Source: Lama guanicoe
Lineage: Eukaryota
Length of the DNA: 64,000 nt
NCBI GenBank assembly: GCA_013239625.1
Contig: MU053881.1
Coordinates: forward strand, 2,418,001-2,482,000
Direction of reading: 5' to 3'
In this document: piece after piece, positions 50,291 to 62,851 of the stretch
How positions within the stretch are numbered: the stretch's first letter is position 1
How the letters are laid out: the number at the start of each line of letters is the position of its first letter
Program-made: the position numbers and the translations under genes
The notes under the pieces: generated by a model
Seen by the model: only the letters and a program-made list of their open reading frames with translations
Database searches by the model: none
What the model was told of the DNA's origin: nothing

Positions 50291-52639
50291 AGGTCCTGAA
50301 GGGTGGGGGAAGTGAGCCGAGCGAGCCAGCCACCGTGGGGCTTGTTGAACTTGTTTTTAATAGCTTCTCTTTCTCCCCAGGATGTGGGACCATAGGCTGA
50401 GGCTGACCCCTGAATCCAGGTGCTGGGCCCACAAAAAACACAAGTAAAGCACGTGGACCCTACCCCTATTCCCCCCACAAAGACAAAGAAGGTTAGGATT
50501 GGAGCAACCATCAGCTCAGAGGTCTTAATCTAGGATTTGCAGACAGATTTCGGGAGGTACAGAAACCTCTGAAACCACTTGCCAAATCTGTGGGGTCTCA
50601 TGTGTGCACTTTTCTGGGCAGAGGATCCACAACTTAATGAAGTCTCAAAGCAGTCTGCAACCTGAAAGAGGTTCACCGGGAGGGACAGTGGTGTTCAAGT
50701 CTGAACAAGAGCTGGAGGCAGAATCAAGAAGAGAACCTTGGTCGGCCAGCGTCCTGCCCCTACGTATCACTGCCATGTTCTCGTGTGCACGGCAGTCCAC
50801 ACGCCGCATCTCATTTGATTTAGTCCTCTGCACGTGCCCTAGGAAGTAGCTGCTGTCCCTATTTTGCGGGTGACAGAACCCACGATTTGCTCAAGGTTAC
50901 AAGTGGTGTAGTGGGTTCAAGCCCCGGTCCGACTCCACAGAGCCTTTTTTCACAGGACACCAAGCTGCCTCCCTTTATTTTACCTCCGTTAGTCTTTAGA
51001 GCCACCCAGTGAGATCAGGTGATGGGAACCCAAACTCAGGGGGTGAAGTCATTTGGCTCAGGGAACACAGCAGTGGCAGGGTCGGGACTTGAACCCAGGT
51101 CTGTCTGAGGCCATAGCTGGTGCATTTCCCCCCACCTGGCTCACTGTCAGCTCACTGTTTAGCTGAGGCACCAGGGACAGATGCCAGGCTGGCCTGACCA
51201 TCATTTAATTTAGAATTTTTCCTTGCAAGCTTGTCAGGGAGATACCAGGGACCATGGCCTGGTTGGGGACAGCCTGGCCTGGTCTTAGTGTTCCTCCTAC
51301 ACCCCACCCCTCCCCAGCCTGTTGGTCTCATCGAGCACAGAGGTCACTGGCCCCACTGCCCGCTGCAGGGCCCGGCCACCCATGGGCTCCTGCACAGGGG
51401 TAGGGGGTGTGGGGGCTTTCTGCTCCAATACACACAGCTACCACCGCCACACACTGCTCTGAACGGCTCCAAAAGCCATAAAGCAGCTGAGAAAAAATGA
51501 TGCCGGGAGAGGAAACGAGCCACGGAGGAAATTAACTCGCACCCAGGGAACCGCGCGGCTTTCTGCTGACAGAGAGGGCCGGCTACCTCATAAAACTAAA
51601 CACTTAAACTCTCCTCTTTACAATAATTACAGCACCTTGAATGCCTCTTTCCCCTGCCCTGGCTGGCCCAGGCCGGCTCTGCGCGGGGTACCAAGGGGAG
51701 AAGTGTTGAAGTGAGGGTGGCTGCCGGAGCAGGGGCCCCCACAGCAGGAGGACCGGCCAGAGAGCTGGAGAAAATGAGAGCTGACCGGGGGCTTGGGGAC
51801 CGACTATTTCAACCCTGTCATTTGAGAGATGAGGAAACTAGAGGCCCAGAGAGGGTTTGTGACTAAGTGAAGGTCACCCAGCCGGTTATAGGTGGAACGG
51901 ACTAAAAGCGGGTCCTCTCCCTGATGGGCAGTGAAAGCAGTTTCCACTGAATCACTGCCCTAATTCCACAAACACTTCCACAGAAGCCGGGCCATGAGCC
52001 AGACTCTGTGCCAGAGCCCAGGGGAAACACCACGGGGCTGTCTTGGCCCCCAGTTAGAACGTGAGCTCCTGAACACCAGGGGCACATCGGTCCCCTTTAC
52101 ATCGTGTTCTGGCCCCCGGAGCAAGGCCAGACTCACAGAAAGCCACCTGGGGATACTTTCAGAGCAGCAGCCCTGAATCCCTGCGAAAAGACCAGTCTCC
52201 TCACCCCCTGGCCATTGAGGCAACCCCGGGAAGAGGCGGTAACGAACTAGAGGCTTGGCAGAAGCAAGAAGCCCCAGGAGCCACGGCGCGCCTACCAACA
52301 GGGGCGGGTGTCAGACTCCAGGCTGAGAGCGCAGGGCTTCCCCTTCCCAGCTGCACCCAACTGCTCTCTGGGCCTTTGACCCCAGCTTCTCTCTCCTCCA
52401 GTCTGCCTTCAGCATTGCCTATCAGCTCTGCTGGGGAGGACTCCTACCATCTGTGACCCTCCACCTGCTCCCCAGCCCTCTCCACTCATCGTCCATTCCT
52501 CACTTGCACTCCTCCCCCAGCAACAGCCTTCCTCTCCTGCTTGGCACGAGGCTGCCTTCTGTACTTCAAGAGCTCCCCCCCCAACCCTCCTCTCCGAGTG
52601 AGGGACAGCTGTTGTTTTTTTCCTGCAAGCATCATCCCC

Positions 52640-53410
52640 CTCTGTGGGACCACCCCTCCCCCTCGTTCAGTCCTGGAGGTTTGAAAGAATCTGATCACTT
52701 GGGAGGGGTGGGAGTGGCTCATGCCCCAGGCTTGGCCAGTCAGCGTATCTCATCACCCTGGAGATGGAGGGTAGTTTGGAGATGGACAGGGAACCCGACG
52801 TCTAATCCAGATGAATCCTGGGATTGTGGCGACCGGTCCCTTCTTTTTGCTGGGACTACTGAGCTGACAGTGTAAGCCTGATGCTGCAGAGGACTTGAGA
52901 ATAAAGCCAATAAAGGTTAAAACATATATATATGTTTTATATATATATATATATATATATAAATGAATTACGCGCCGTGGCTCCTGGGGCTTCTTGCTTC
53001 TGCCAAGCCTCTCTCTCTATATATATATATAAATGAATTACTAGGCTGTACAACAAAAATTAACACAACATTGTAAATCGACTATACTTCAGTTTTTTAA
53101 AAAAGCCAACACAGAGGAGAGAGACCTGAAATGGGGAGTTAGAGCTTCCAGACGACTTGTTGAGCACCTGGATCCAACTGTGCCTGAAGTTATCTGAGCC
53201 AGGAAATCATATTATTTATAATAATATTAATAATTATTCTATTCTATATAATTATATAGTTATGTGATTAATTATATTATTATGTAGTAATTATAATTGT
53301 TATTATGAGGATTTTTACTTTGTGAATAATAATTTTACTATTACTGTTTTGTTTCAGCCAGTCTGAATTTAGTTTCTGTCACTTACAACCAAAAGATTCT
53401 AAGTAATGTG
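52640..53410 (+). mobile_element. Old MLT1 (ERVL-MaLR) LTR, interrupted
   Basis: GAGCACCTGGATCCAACTGTGCCTGAAG and the terminal TTTCTGTCACTTACAACCAAAAGATTCTAA. Confidence 0.65.
52911..53101 (+). mobile_element. Short L1 3'-end fragment with (TA)n, nested in an MLT1 LTR
   Basis: CTGTACA...AACACAACATTGTAAATCGACTATACTTCA resembles laurasiatherian L1 3' termini. TSD AAAGCCAA (52903-10 / 53102-09). Confidence 0.75.
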
Positions 53411-55857
53411 GCAAGATCTCTGTTTAGGGACCCAGCTAAGTGTGTAATGGCCTCGCCCCAGTTTCTTCCCATGGAGTAGCCTCAGGACCTGCCTGAGTCC
53501 GACCTCTCAGCTCTGTGATTCACTCCCTCTACAAGGAACGACTCTGCTGCTCATCACTCTGGGAACAACGTTAAGCAGAAGGGGCCGGCTGTTCCTGCCC
53601 AGGCCTCTGAAGGTCCATATCATGGCTTTTCCCCAGACCCTGGCTCCCAAGAAGGTGAGCAAGAATCCAGCCAATGTAACAAGGTCCAGAGTTTTATATT
53701 TATTGCGGTGAATCATCACACATGCAGATTTGTTAACATATACCCTTTTGTATTAGAAGGCACGTTGGGCTATTGAAAATGAAGGAAATAAGAAACGCAT
53801 CTACGGTGGCCCCTGCTCTACCGGCGAGCCCAGCATCCACGCTCCACCTCACTCGCTGTGCCCAGATACTTTCTCTCTGGACCTCTCAGGGAATGGGCAC
53901 TGGGAACAGGCACCTGGCCAAGGCTCGCCCACCCAGAGCCTGCCGTCCCTGACGCATGGCCCTGGACAAGCCAAGGGGATTCCACTCTACGGAAAATAAA
54001 GTCCTCTCTTTCCTCTGGGGTACTGGGCCTGTAGAATATAAATCTGGAACTGCTGGGGACCACCGTGTAGAAAGAAGCTGCCAAAGAATGAAGCCAGTGC
54101 AGAGGGACCAGCCCTGGGTGGGGGAGAGGGGGCAGAGTCTCGATGACAGGGTTTTACACTTAGGTCCAGCCACGCCTGATGCTGCTTGGATTTCTCGGTT
54201 TGCTTATTTTCTTGAGCCAATTTGAGTTAGGTTCCTGATTCTCACAAGCAAAAAAGTACTGACTAATATAGAAAAGGATTCCAAATAAGTCACTTTAAGG
54301 AAATAATGATGACATTTTACATGATGCCAAAGTTATATATGACTCTTTCACAGTAAGACACGAAGGAGTAACGCGCTATGAGAGCAGACCGGCCCCTCTG
54401 TGCAGGCCAGGCTCTCAGCAGCCAGGTGAACAGAATGGTGCGTTACTCTTGCTCCTTTGGTGTTGTGTCGTGACTCCCGAGGGACAGGATGGCTTCCACC
54501 AGCCTCACCTATCGGGAGGCCCTGTGTCACCCTGTTGACCACCTCAGGGTTTCCCTCCTTTCCTGTTAGAGGGAAATACAGGAGGTACCATTAGTTAGCA
54601 GGAGCCTGAGGGCTGGCCACCCAACCCACCTCCAGGCTCAGAGGGGAAGACGGTGGGAGCTCCGGGCTGAGTCACGTCCCCCAGGAGCGCTGCTCCCAGG
54701 CCTCCCGGTACAGCTGTGCAAGTGGTGGTCTGCACACCTGCAGGGAGCGCCAGCCCTAGACCATGATGGGAGGGGCTCCCCAACCCGATCCCACAACGTG
54801 GGGCCCTGCCTGTTTCCAGCCCGCTCCTGAAAACTAGCTTGGCAAAGAATTTCAGCCGGAAGACATATTACCCAGGAAAAGAATTGCTCTCAGGGCCCCG
54901 TTGTTAATGATTTGCTTCTGAAGTTTTCTTTACCTCTACTTCCCCTCTTCGCACAAAGAAAACAAGACACAGATGGCTTTGTGAAAGTCTCCAGAGGAAT
55001 TTGCCAAAGACCTTTAGCCTCCTAAGTTCTCTCTCTCTCTCTCTTCCGCTCCCTCCCTCAAGCCTGCATCGTTTGGATTGTGTGTCTCTCCCCTACTCAA
55101 AAACCCTCACCACAGCCCACTGCCAGTTGAACTGAATCCAAGTTTTTGCGCTGATTCTAAACACCTTCTGGGCCACGCTCCCCACGTACATTTCCAGGGG
55201 CAGGTCTTACTATTCCAGGCACCCTGGCTGCCTGCTGCCCCAGAGCACAGCCGATGGTTGCCTGCTGAGCCCCTGCTCCTCTGACCCTGGATGGCCCCCG
55301 GGGGCCTAAGAGCCACCCTTTATCGTGTCCCCACACGTGCTGGCCGCCTGACTCCCTGATCGGCCTGGGAGCTGTACACATCACCACCTGTGTGTCCCAG
55401 GACAGGTGAGCAAGCTCTGAGGGGTCAGCAGAGCCACATAATTGTGGAAGGAGCGGAGAATCCCAGCCTCGGTGTCTGGCTCGAGCCCAGACCCCTTTCC
55501 CAGTTCCAGGATCCCTGTAGGGACACTGCAAATGCCACACCCAGTGCCTTCCTTCCTGAAGCACTCCCTCAACCTCCCCACCGACATCGTTTGGCATCTT
55601 TTTTGATGGTCACATCCCATGATATCAGGCAGGTTTCTTGCAGGAGACAGAAGGCCATTCAGCTGCGACTGTGGAGAATTTAAAGAGGATTCATTCAAGG
55701 CGGTGCAGGCAGGGTTATAAGGGACACCACGAGGGGAGCAGAAGCACCAGGGACAAGCCCCATGGGAGGGAGCGTGGCTAGAGCTGGGGAGGGCCATGCA
55801 CAGAAGCCCAGGATGCAGCCAGTGACAGAGCTACCGCCCTGGCAGGCGGGGAGGAGG

Positions 55858-56297
55858 TGAAACCGGAGGAAAGGGGACAGGGCAAAACCACTGAAGGAGT
55901 GGCACAGCCACTGAGGACAGGGCCAACTGGTTAGGACCAAGATGGTGGAAGACTGGACTTCCAGTGGACCTTGAGCCTCAAGGCACACCCACAGGTGCCA
56001 TGACAGTTCCTAGGCTGACCATAAAAGTCAAAAAGTGGGTGGGGCCCAGTTCCTGGAAACCCCTGCCCCTTCCCCAAAGTAGCTGGAATAATCCTCCTAT
56101 TCATTAGCACATGAAATTACCGAGCTCATAAAACCTAACAACTTCATACCTTGCGGTCGCGCTCTCTCTCGCCTTCTGAGACAGCCCGCACTCTGCCTAT
56201 GGAGTGTGTCTCTCTCTAAATAAACGTGCTTTCACTTTACTATGCCTTGCTCTTGAATTCTTTCCTCTGTGAAGCAAGAACCTATTCTCCAACAACA
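55858..56297 (+). mobile_element. MER41-like ERV1 solo LTR
   Basis: TG...CA ends, 4-bp TSD GAGG (55854-57 / 56298-301), AATAAA at 56219-24, and MER41 hallmark blocks GCCATGACAGTT, CTCTGCCTATGGAGT, GCTTTCACTTTACT and GAATTCTTTC. Confidence 0.85.
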
Positions 56298-56489
56298 GAG
56301 GGAAGAAATATCCCGGCCTCTCTCTCCCTTCCACCCTCCAGCTTCCCTTGAGGGCTGCCCACCGGCTGCACCCATCTGTTAGCCAGAGGGCCAGGGAGCC
56401 TGGGTGTCCGGTCACTAGCTGGTCAGCCTCCCAGACTCAAAGCTGAGAGAGCTGGGCATGGGGTGGAGCGGAGAGCCTGGGGCGGGAAG

Positions 56490-57320
56490 GATGCTGTATT
56501 GGTTTCTGATCGCTGCTGTAACAAGTCACCACCAACTGGGTGTCTTAGAAAAACAAACTTTTCTCCTCTTACAGTTCCGGATGTCAGAAGTCCAAGGTGA
56601 GTCTCACTGGCTAAAATCAAGGTGCTGGAAGGGCCGCATTCCTTTCTGGGGGCTGTAAGGGAGAATCTGTTTCTCTGCCTTTTCCATCTTCCAGAGGCTG
56701 CCTGTGCTCCCTGGCTTGTGGTCCCTTCCGGCGTCTTCAAAGCTGGAAATGGCCAGTCCAGCCTCAAGTTGCCGTCTCTCTGGTCCTGACTCTTCTGTCT
56801 CTCTCTCCCCTCAAGAACCCGTGTGCCTTTCAGTTACCTTTCCCTCCAGCCGTGCTAATGTTTCAGTCCACCCTCCCCGACTGCATTAGTTTCCACGGGC
56901 TGCTTAGGAGCAAAGTATCTCAAACTGGGTGGCTCAAACAACAGGAATTTATAGTCTCCCAGTCTGGAGGCTGCAAGTCCAAAATCAGGATGTCAGCTGG
57001 GCCGGTTCCTTCCAAGGGCTGTGAGAGCCAGTCGTCCCACGCCCTTCTCCTCCCTTCTGGTGGCCTCGGGCATTTCCGCGGGTGGTCTCCTGCCTGTGTC
57101 GTCACACCGACTTCCCTCCGCGTGTGTCCGTCTGTGTCCAAATTTCTCCTTTTTATACGGACACAGTCATATTAGGATTAAGGCCCATCCTAATGACCTT
57201 ATTACAATGTGATTATCTCTGTAATGACCCCGTCCCCAAATAAGGTCACATCACGAGGTACCAGGGGTTAGGACTTCAACATATTTTGGGGGAAGAGATA
57301 CAATTCAACTCATAACACCC
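56490..57320 (-). mobile_element. Two adjacent/nested MLT1 (B/C/D-like) LTR pieces
   Basis: GCTGCTGTAACAAGTCACCACCAACTGG, TCTGGAGGCTGCAAGTCCAAAATCAGG, CCAAATAAGGTCACAT...GGGGTTAGGACTTCAACATAT. Confidence 0.82.
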
Positions 57321-57889
57321 ACCTGTCCCTTCATGGCCTTACATATCCTGTCTGGCTGCACCTGCTGTCAGCAGTCAGGACCCAAGTGTTCTTGGCACAG
57401 CCAGCTCTGCCTGTTACAAAGATTTCTCAGGTGACAGTATAGAGGATGCCTTTGGAGGAGGTATGGACTTGACCTGGGGGACGTGACGCAGCCTGGGCCA
57501 GGGCAGAGCCGGAGAGCCTGGGAGGAGGCGGCAGGGTCAAGAGGGAGCTAAGAGGTGAAATTCACCAGCTGGGTGAGAACCTTGGGGGGGGGGGCTGGTG
57601 TCAGGTTTCAGGTCTGCGAGGACAAGGAGGCAGTTGGGCCCTTCCTGAAGGATGGGGTAGATCTTGGCAGAGGTTTTGTGCAGGGTGAACACTGCAGGCT
57701 GAGATGGGGGAAGGCAGAACTGTGCGCACAGAATTTCCACTGGAAGAGACCTGGGCCCAGGTTGGCAGAAAGAAGCAGGGAACGTTCACCAGACAGGAGG
57801 ACACAGAGCAGAGGAGGAATGAAGCAGATCAGCCCAGAGGATCGCAGCCTGCCAGGCCCCTCAGGATCTTCACAGACCACACAGCGTGG

Positions 57890-58310
57890 GATGGACTGGT
57901 TTGTGGGTCCCGATTTTTCACCCTCTCTGTATCACTTTCTCACATGACTTTGCAGTTTCTCCCCGCCACCAGGAGCTGAGTGTACGCTTTAACTTCGGGT
58001 TCAGCCGTATGTCAAGCTTTGACCAATGGAATGTGGGCAGCAGTGCCCATTCCGAGCCCAGGCCTTCATGTTTCCACGTGTCCTCTTGTGTCTCTGCCAT
58101 CACCATTTGAGGACATGACCCAGCTACTCCACTGGCTCAAGGAAGACGAGAAATTCACTGAATAGAGCCAGACTCAGCTGGCCACCTTGTGGAGCTCAGG
58201 CTGAATCAGCCAACATCCAGACAACCACGGGTGCACGAGCCACGTACTGCTCATTGCCCTACGCCACTCAGAGTCTATGGCTGTTTGCTTTGTAGCAACA
58301 GCTGACTGAC
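57890..58310 (+). mobile_element. Old MLT1 LTR
   Basis: GCTTTGACCAATGGAATGTGGGCAG and the terminal GTAGCAACAGCTGACTGACA. Confidence 0.65.
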
Positions 58311-60069
58311 ATGCAGTCAAATCTCGCCATTCTACAGAGGAGGAAACTGAGGCCTCGAGAAGGTAAGAGACCTGCCCAGTGGTATGCAAATACTAAGTGG
58401 CAAAGGCCTCCCCTCCTGATACCTAGCTCAAGGTTCTTTCTTTCTACTCCATGGCAGTGACTGTCACCTAGCTTCTGGTTTGTTCATTCGCTCCTTCAAT
58501 AAACATGTTACTGGAGATACTAGATGACTTGGGTTTTTTCTTAGTCCTCTGAGAGCTCCGTGTGGTGGTGGTGGGGAGACCGAACCCAAACACATCACGA
58601 TAACTGTGATGAGGTGAGGCCACAGAGATGTGCTCAGGTACCAAGAAGAGGTCCTAACCCAGCTAGGGAAAATCAGAGCAGACTTCCTGGAGAAGAGGGT
58701 GTCAGAGCTGAGTCATTAAAAAGGAGGCAGAATTGACCACACAAAGCCAAGGAGGTAAGGGCTTGGCATGAGCGTGGGCTGGAGGTGAGATGCAGTCTGG
58801 GGCCGTGGCCGAGGGGGTGATGGAGAGCTGTAGCAGGTAAAGAGATGCTCAGTTTCCTTTGAGCTATTCAAGCCATTTCAGGTGAGGCAGGGAATGGCAG
58901 AGGGTAGGGCTGGAAACGAAGGCGGGACCCATATCCAGGCCCTTTATCCCATGGAGGGAGTGCAATCCTTTCCCAAGCAGGTGACTGGGGCCTTCTATGG
59001 GTGTGGCCGTGGAACAGTCAACTCATTCCCTGGGCCTTGGTTTGTCCATTGCTAAGATGAGGTCCTGGATAAGATGATTTTTAGGGAGTCTCTTTAAATC
59101 CAAAGCCATTGCTGGGGACTGACTAGAGGTGGACATGTCACAGAGGAGCCCATCTGCCTAGCAGCTGACCGAGGCCAAGAGCTGAGGAGGAAGGGCCCCC
59201 TCTGCCTGCAGGATGGGGTTTGGTGGCACCTTAGGGAAGCTGGCCCTCCTTCTCTCCACCTTGGGGAGGCGCAGGGAACATTCCTCTGAGCCAAAGCGTG
59301 GTCCAGGAACACGAAGAAAAAGACAAATAGATTGAAATTCAACATTCCATATAGGACCATCCAGATGGGAGAACTGACCCTCTGTTTCTCTTCTTCCTCT
59401 TCTCAGAAAGGGAACACGGGGTTGGCAGACGGGGGAGGCTGGGGTTAGTCACTGACGGCAGGGGAGGGCCCTTTCAGACGGCTGTCCAGGCTCAAAGAGC
59501 CACATCCTTGTGCCCTGCCTCAGAGCCCCCAAGAGAGGCCACCCGGAGGAAAAACAGACACCTAATGCAAGAACCCCTATTTAGCAGAAGAGGGCCATTC
59601 CAGCCAGGCTGGCAAGAAAATTTCAGGTAATTGATGTTATTTGCCCATTGACTGTGTTCTGCTAGAAAAGATTTTGGTTACAGGGTGTAATCAAATCACA
59701 CTTACGAATGCTACTAAAAGATTACTTTTGTAATGAGAAAAAAAATGTACTTTAAAAAAGGAATCTGTGGTATAACCTCCTCGGAGGGCAATTTGGCAAT
59801 ACCGACGGGAATGGGAAACACAACACGCTCTTGGAGACGGCAGGTCCACTTGTGCGAACTGGTCTTTCAGATGTGTCACACAGACCAGTCCGCGGTGCTG
59901 CCATGCGATGGAATACCATGTGAGCACAAATCAGACCGCGGCAGCGGTCTGTGTGAGGTTTTCACACAACACTTACATGAAAAAGGCAGGGGGAAGTACA
60001 CTGAGCAGGACGTGCTCCGCGTATGTAGCAAAATGAGGGGGCAGGAGGGAGGGAGATGGGCGGGAACTC

Positions 60070-60520
60070 TGTGTTAATACGGATTCCCATGGCTGCCGTC
60101 ACAAATGACCACAGATGTGCTGGCTTAAAATGACAGGAACTAATTCTGTCACCATTCTCCATGTCTGAAATCCGTGTGTGAGCAGGGCCGTGCCCCCTCC
60201 CGAGGCTCTGGGGGAGACTCCGTTCTGTGCCCCGTGCAGCTTTTGGTGACTGCCTGCACCCCTTGGCTGGTGGCCACGCCACTCAAGCCTCTGCCTCTGA
60301 GGTCACGTGACCTCCTCCTCCGCCTTGTGTCTATTCAGAAGGATGCTTTCATTGGTTTTAGGGCCCACCTTGATGATCCAGGATAATTTCCTCATCTCCA
60401 GATTCTTAATTAATTGCATCTATGAAGACCTTTTTTTTTTTTCCTCCAAATAATCTCACATTCACAGGTGCCAGGGATTAAGGCCTGAGCATCTCTTTTT
60501 GGGGACCACCATTAGACCCA
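60070..60520 (-). mobile_element. MLT1 (C/D-like) LTR
   Basis: GGCTGCCGTCACAAATGACCACA...TGGCTTAAAA...TAGGGCCCACC...ATCCAGGATAAT...CACATTCACAGGT. Confidence 0.82.
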
Positions 60521-60731
60521 CCTCAGATTCCAGCTTGATGGGAGAGCGGAAGCTTCTAGGAAGGGAAACCCATAGACTGGTGGTCTGGGTGAGCAGAGAC
60601 TTGCTTTTCATGATAACCGTTTTTGGAGTGTTTGACTGCTTTCCCAAGAGCGTACATTACCTATTTTCACAAACTTCAAACAATAAGAGGTAATCCAGCT
60701 AATGAGCACTGTAAAAAGATCTTTTTTCAAT

Positions 60732-60859
60732 GGGGAGGGTGTAGCTCAGTGGTAGAGCACCTGCTTAGCATGCATGAGGTCCTGGGTTCAATCCCCAGCA
60801 CTTTTATTAAAAATAAAATAAACCTAATTATCTGCTCCCCCAATTCTGTTTTTAAAAAA
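60732..60859 (+). mobile_element. tRNA-derived SINE (vic-1-like)
   Basis: GGGGAGGGTGTAGCTCAGTGGTAGAGC...GGTTCAATCCCCAG followed by an AAATAAACCTAATTA tail. Confidence 0.9.
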
Positions 60860-61069
60860 TGACTCAAGATGGTCATAATATTGCAGCATGCTCAAAGCAA
60901 GTTACACACTTAAATTCCCAATAGAGACAACGTAGCTTCCAGTGCCACCCAAGCAGTAGCAATAGCCCCTGGTGTAGAAATGACAGTTCCTCATGCAGGA
61001 GCCAAAGGCTTCTCCAGTGCCGCAGGGGCCAGGCTGCGATGCGGCGAGGTGAAGCAGGGCTCGCTCCCT

Positions 61070-61610
61070 GTGGCATTTTAACGAATTCTTTGGAAATAGA
61101 CACACTTTGCGTGCACACGAAACACGTAGGCATTGTCTCCACATCTTCAAGAAAATAGTCTTTCTCCTACCTTTTCTCTCTCTTGATCTATGTTTGTTTG
61201 CCTGCTTTTGATAAAGAAGAGCTTTGAGAAATGTGTTCTTTTCCTCTTAAATCTCCAGAGAGAAAATTGACTGGGCAACCTCGATGGTAAATGGCAACTG
61301 ACCGTTGGCCTCAGGGTGTGGAGACCTTGGGGGATGGTGGGGACTGTGACAAAGAGGACAGAGCACGCCCTCTCTGAGGGACAGCCATTACTTAACCCCA
61401 GCCCAGGGCTGCCACTTTAGGAGGCGGGGCCCCAGGATGCCAGAGCTTCCGGCTTTTCAGGAGAAGCTGAGCATCCCAATTTTTAGGTAAACTCTCCCCA
61501 TCATTTCATGGAGGAAACCTTTCATTTTTTTGTAACCGCTGTATAGGCCAAATAAAACCTACTCGTGTCAGATTTAGCCTGCAGCCCTCGTTGGAGAACC
61601 TCCACCCTTA
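61070..61610. mobile_element. Ancient repeat (L1MC4/5-like 3' end, family uncertain); related copy at ~30600-31120
   Basis: Shared block TTTTGATA.AGAAG.....TGAGAAATGT...TTTCCTCTTAA at ~61207 and ~30660, plus GAGAAGCTGAGCATCCCAATTTTTAGGTAAACTCTCCC. Confidence 0.5.
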
Positions 61611-62299
61611 TGCATTAGCGCTTTGAGTTCTGACCAGCCTCAAGCTATGTCTTCACTTCCATTTACATTCAAGCAAATCCTTACAGTTTTTTGTTTTTTC
61701 CATTTTTCTCAGTTCTTAGACTAATAACTTCATGTGGTGATAAGGGAAAAAAAAACCCAACAACAAAACAGCCAGAGACACTGGGCTGGGATGGGGAGTC
61801 ACAGCCCAAGGAGATACAGGCAGACAGATAAACGGGCGCCTGCTTTTTGAGGGAAGGGGTGGCCTGCCCCGGCACAGGCTGGAAGGGGGCAGTGTCGGCT
61901 TCCTGGCGAGTCGCCTGGTTGTTTTGGACGTTCGCTTGTGTGGACTGTTCTGTTCTCAACCTAATGATGCCATTTTTAGTGACTCATTAGGATCCTCATT
62001 AAGAGTTGTTAGCACATCAAAACAGTGTTGGGGAGGGCTGGCAGAGGGCGGCTTCCTGGACATCAGCAGTTGTCTGAATTTCCCTGGCAGCAGAGAAGGG
62101 ACAAAATGGCAGCAAATGGATTCCCAGCTGCTACCAGTTCAGAGGGTGCTGTTTCTGCAGCCAGCCCTTACTGAGCACATACTATGTGTCTGCGTGGGCG
62201 CACAGTGCTTTCCCTGGCGCCAGAATAAAATGCAAAGTCATCGCCTCCCACCTTCTCTCCGGGTCTGCCGCTCCAGCTGCACCCACCTTTCTCCTCTGC

Positions 62300-62630
62300 A
62301 GACAGGCTGTCGGGCCCCTGCCTCAGGGTCTTTTCACCTGCCTTGCCCCCTTCCCAGGCCTCAGCCCCAACTAACCCCTTTCTGAAGAGATCTCCCCCGA
62401 CTCCCTATCCATGCTTGCAAACCATCAGCCATCACTCTCTAACCCTGTTTTATTTACCACATAGCTCTTATCATCACTTGAACTTATATTTATTTGCTTA
62501 TTGGTTTATTGTCAGTGACTCTCACCGCTCAGTAGAATGTCAGCTCCACGAGGGCAGGGACCTGCTGTGCTGGGTTCCACAAGATGCCTGGCACATAGTA
62601 GGTGTTCAATTAGTGTTTGTTTAACAAATG
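62300..62630 (+). mobile_element. L2 3' end
   Basis: TAGAATGTCAGCTCCACGAGGGCAGGGAC...GCCTGGCACATAGTAGGTGTTCAAT. Confidence 0.85.
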
Positions 62631-62755
62631 GGAAATGATGAGGAAGACAGAGCCCCTCTCCCCTCAGCCCAGGGTTGCAAGTGGTCTGGCATGTCCCCTC
62701 ACCCCCACTGCATCACCAAGGAATAAATCTCATGGCTTTATTAAAGAAATCTGAG

Positions 62756-62851
62756 GAGAGGAATATAGCTCAGTGGTACAGCGTGTGCTTAGTGTGCATG
62801 AGGTCCTGGGTTCAATCCTCGGTACCTCCACTAACGATGAAAACAAACAAA
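62756..62851 (+). mobile_element. tRNA-derived SINE (vic-1-like)
   Basis: A/B boxes, A-rich tail, TSD AAAG(A/G)AATCTGAG (62743-55 / 62852-64). Confidence 0.88.

Noticed and set aside
53210..53345. Very AT-rich stretch
   Set aside because: Low-complexity expansion inside an old MLT1 LTR, with no specific structure.
60732..60805. Possible tRNA gene (also at 13670, 30981, 32839, 62756)
   Set aside because: Divergent copies with A-rich tails, several with TSDs. These are SINEs, not functional tRNAs.
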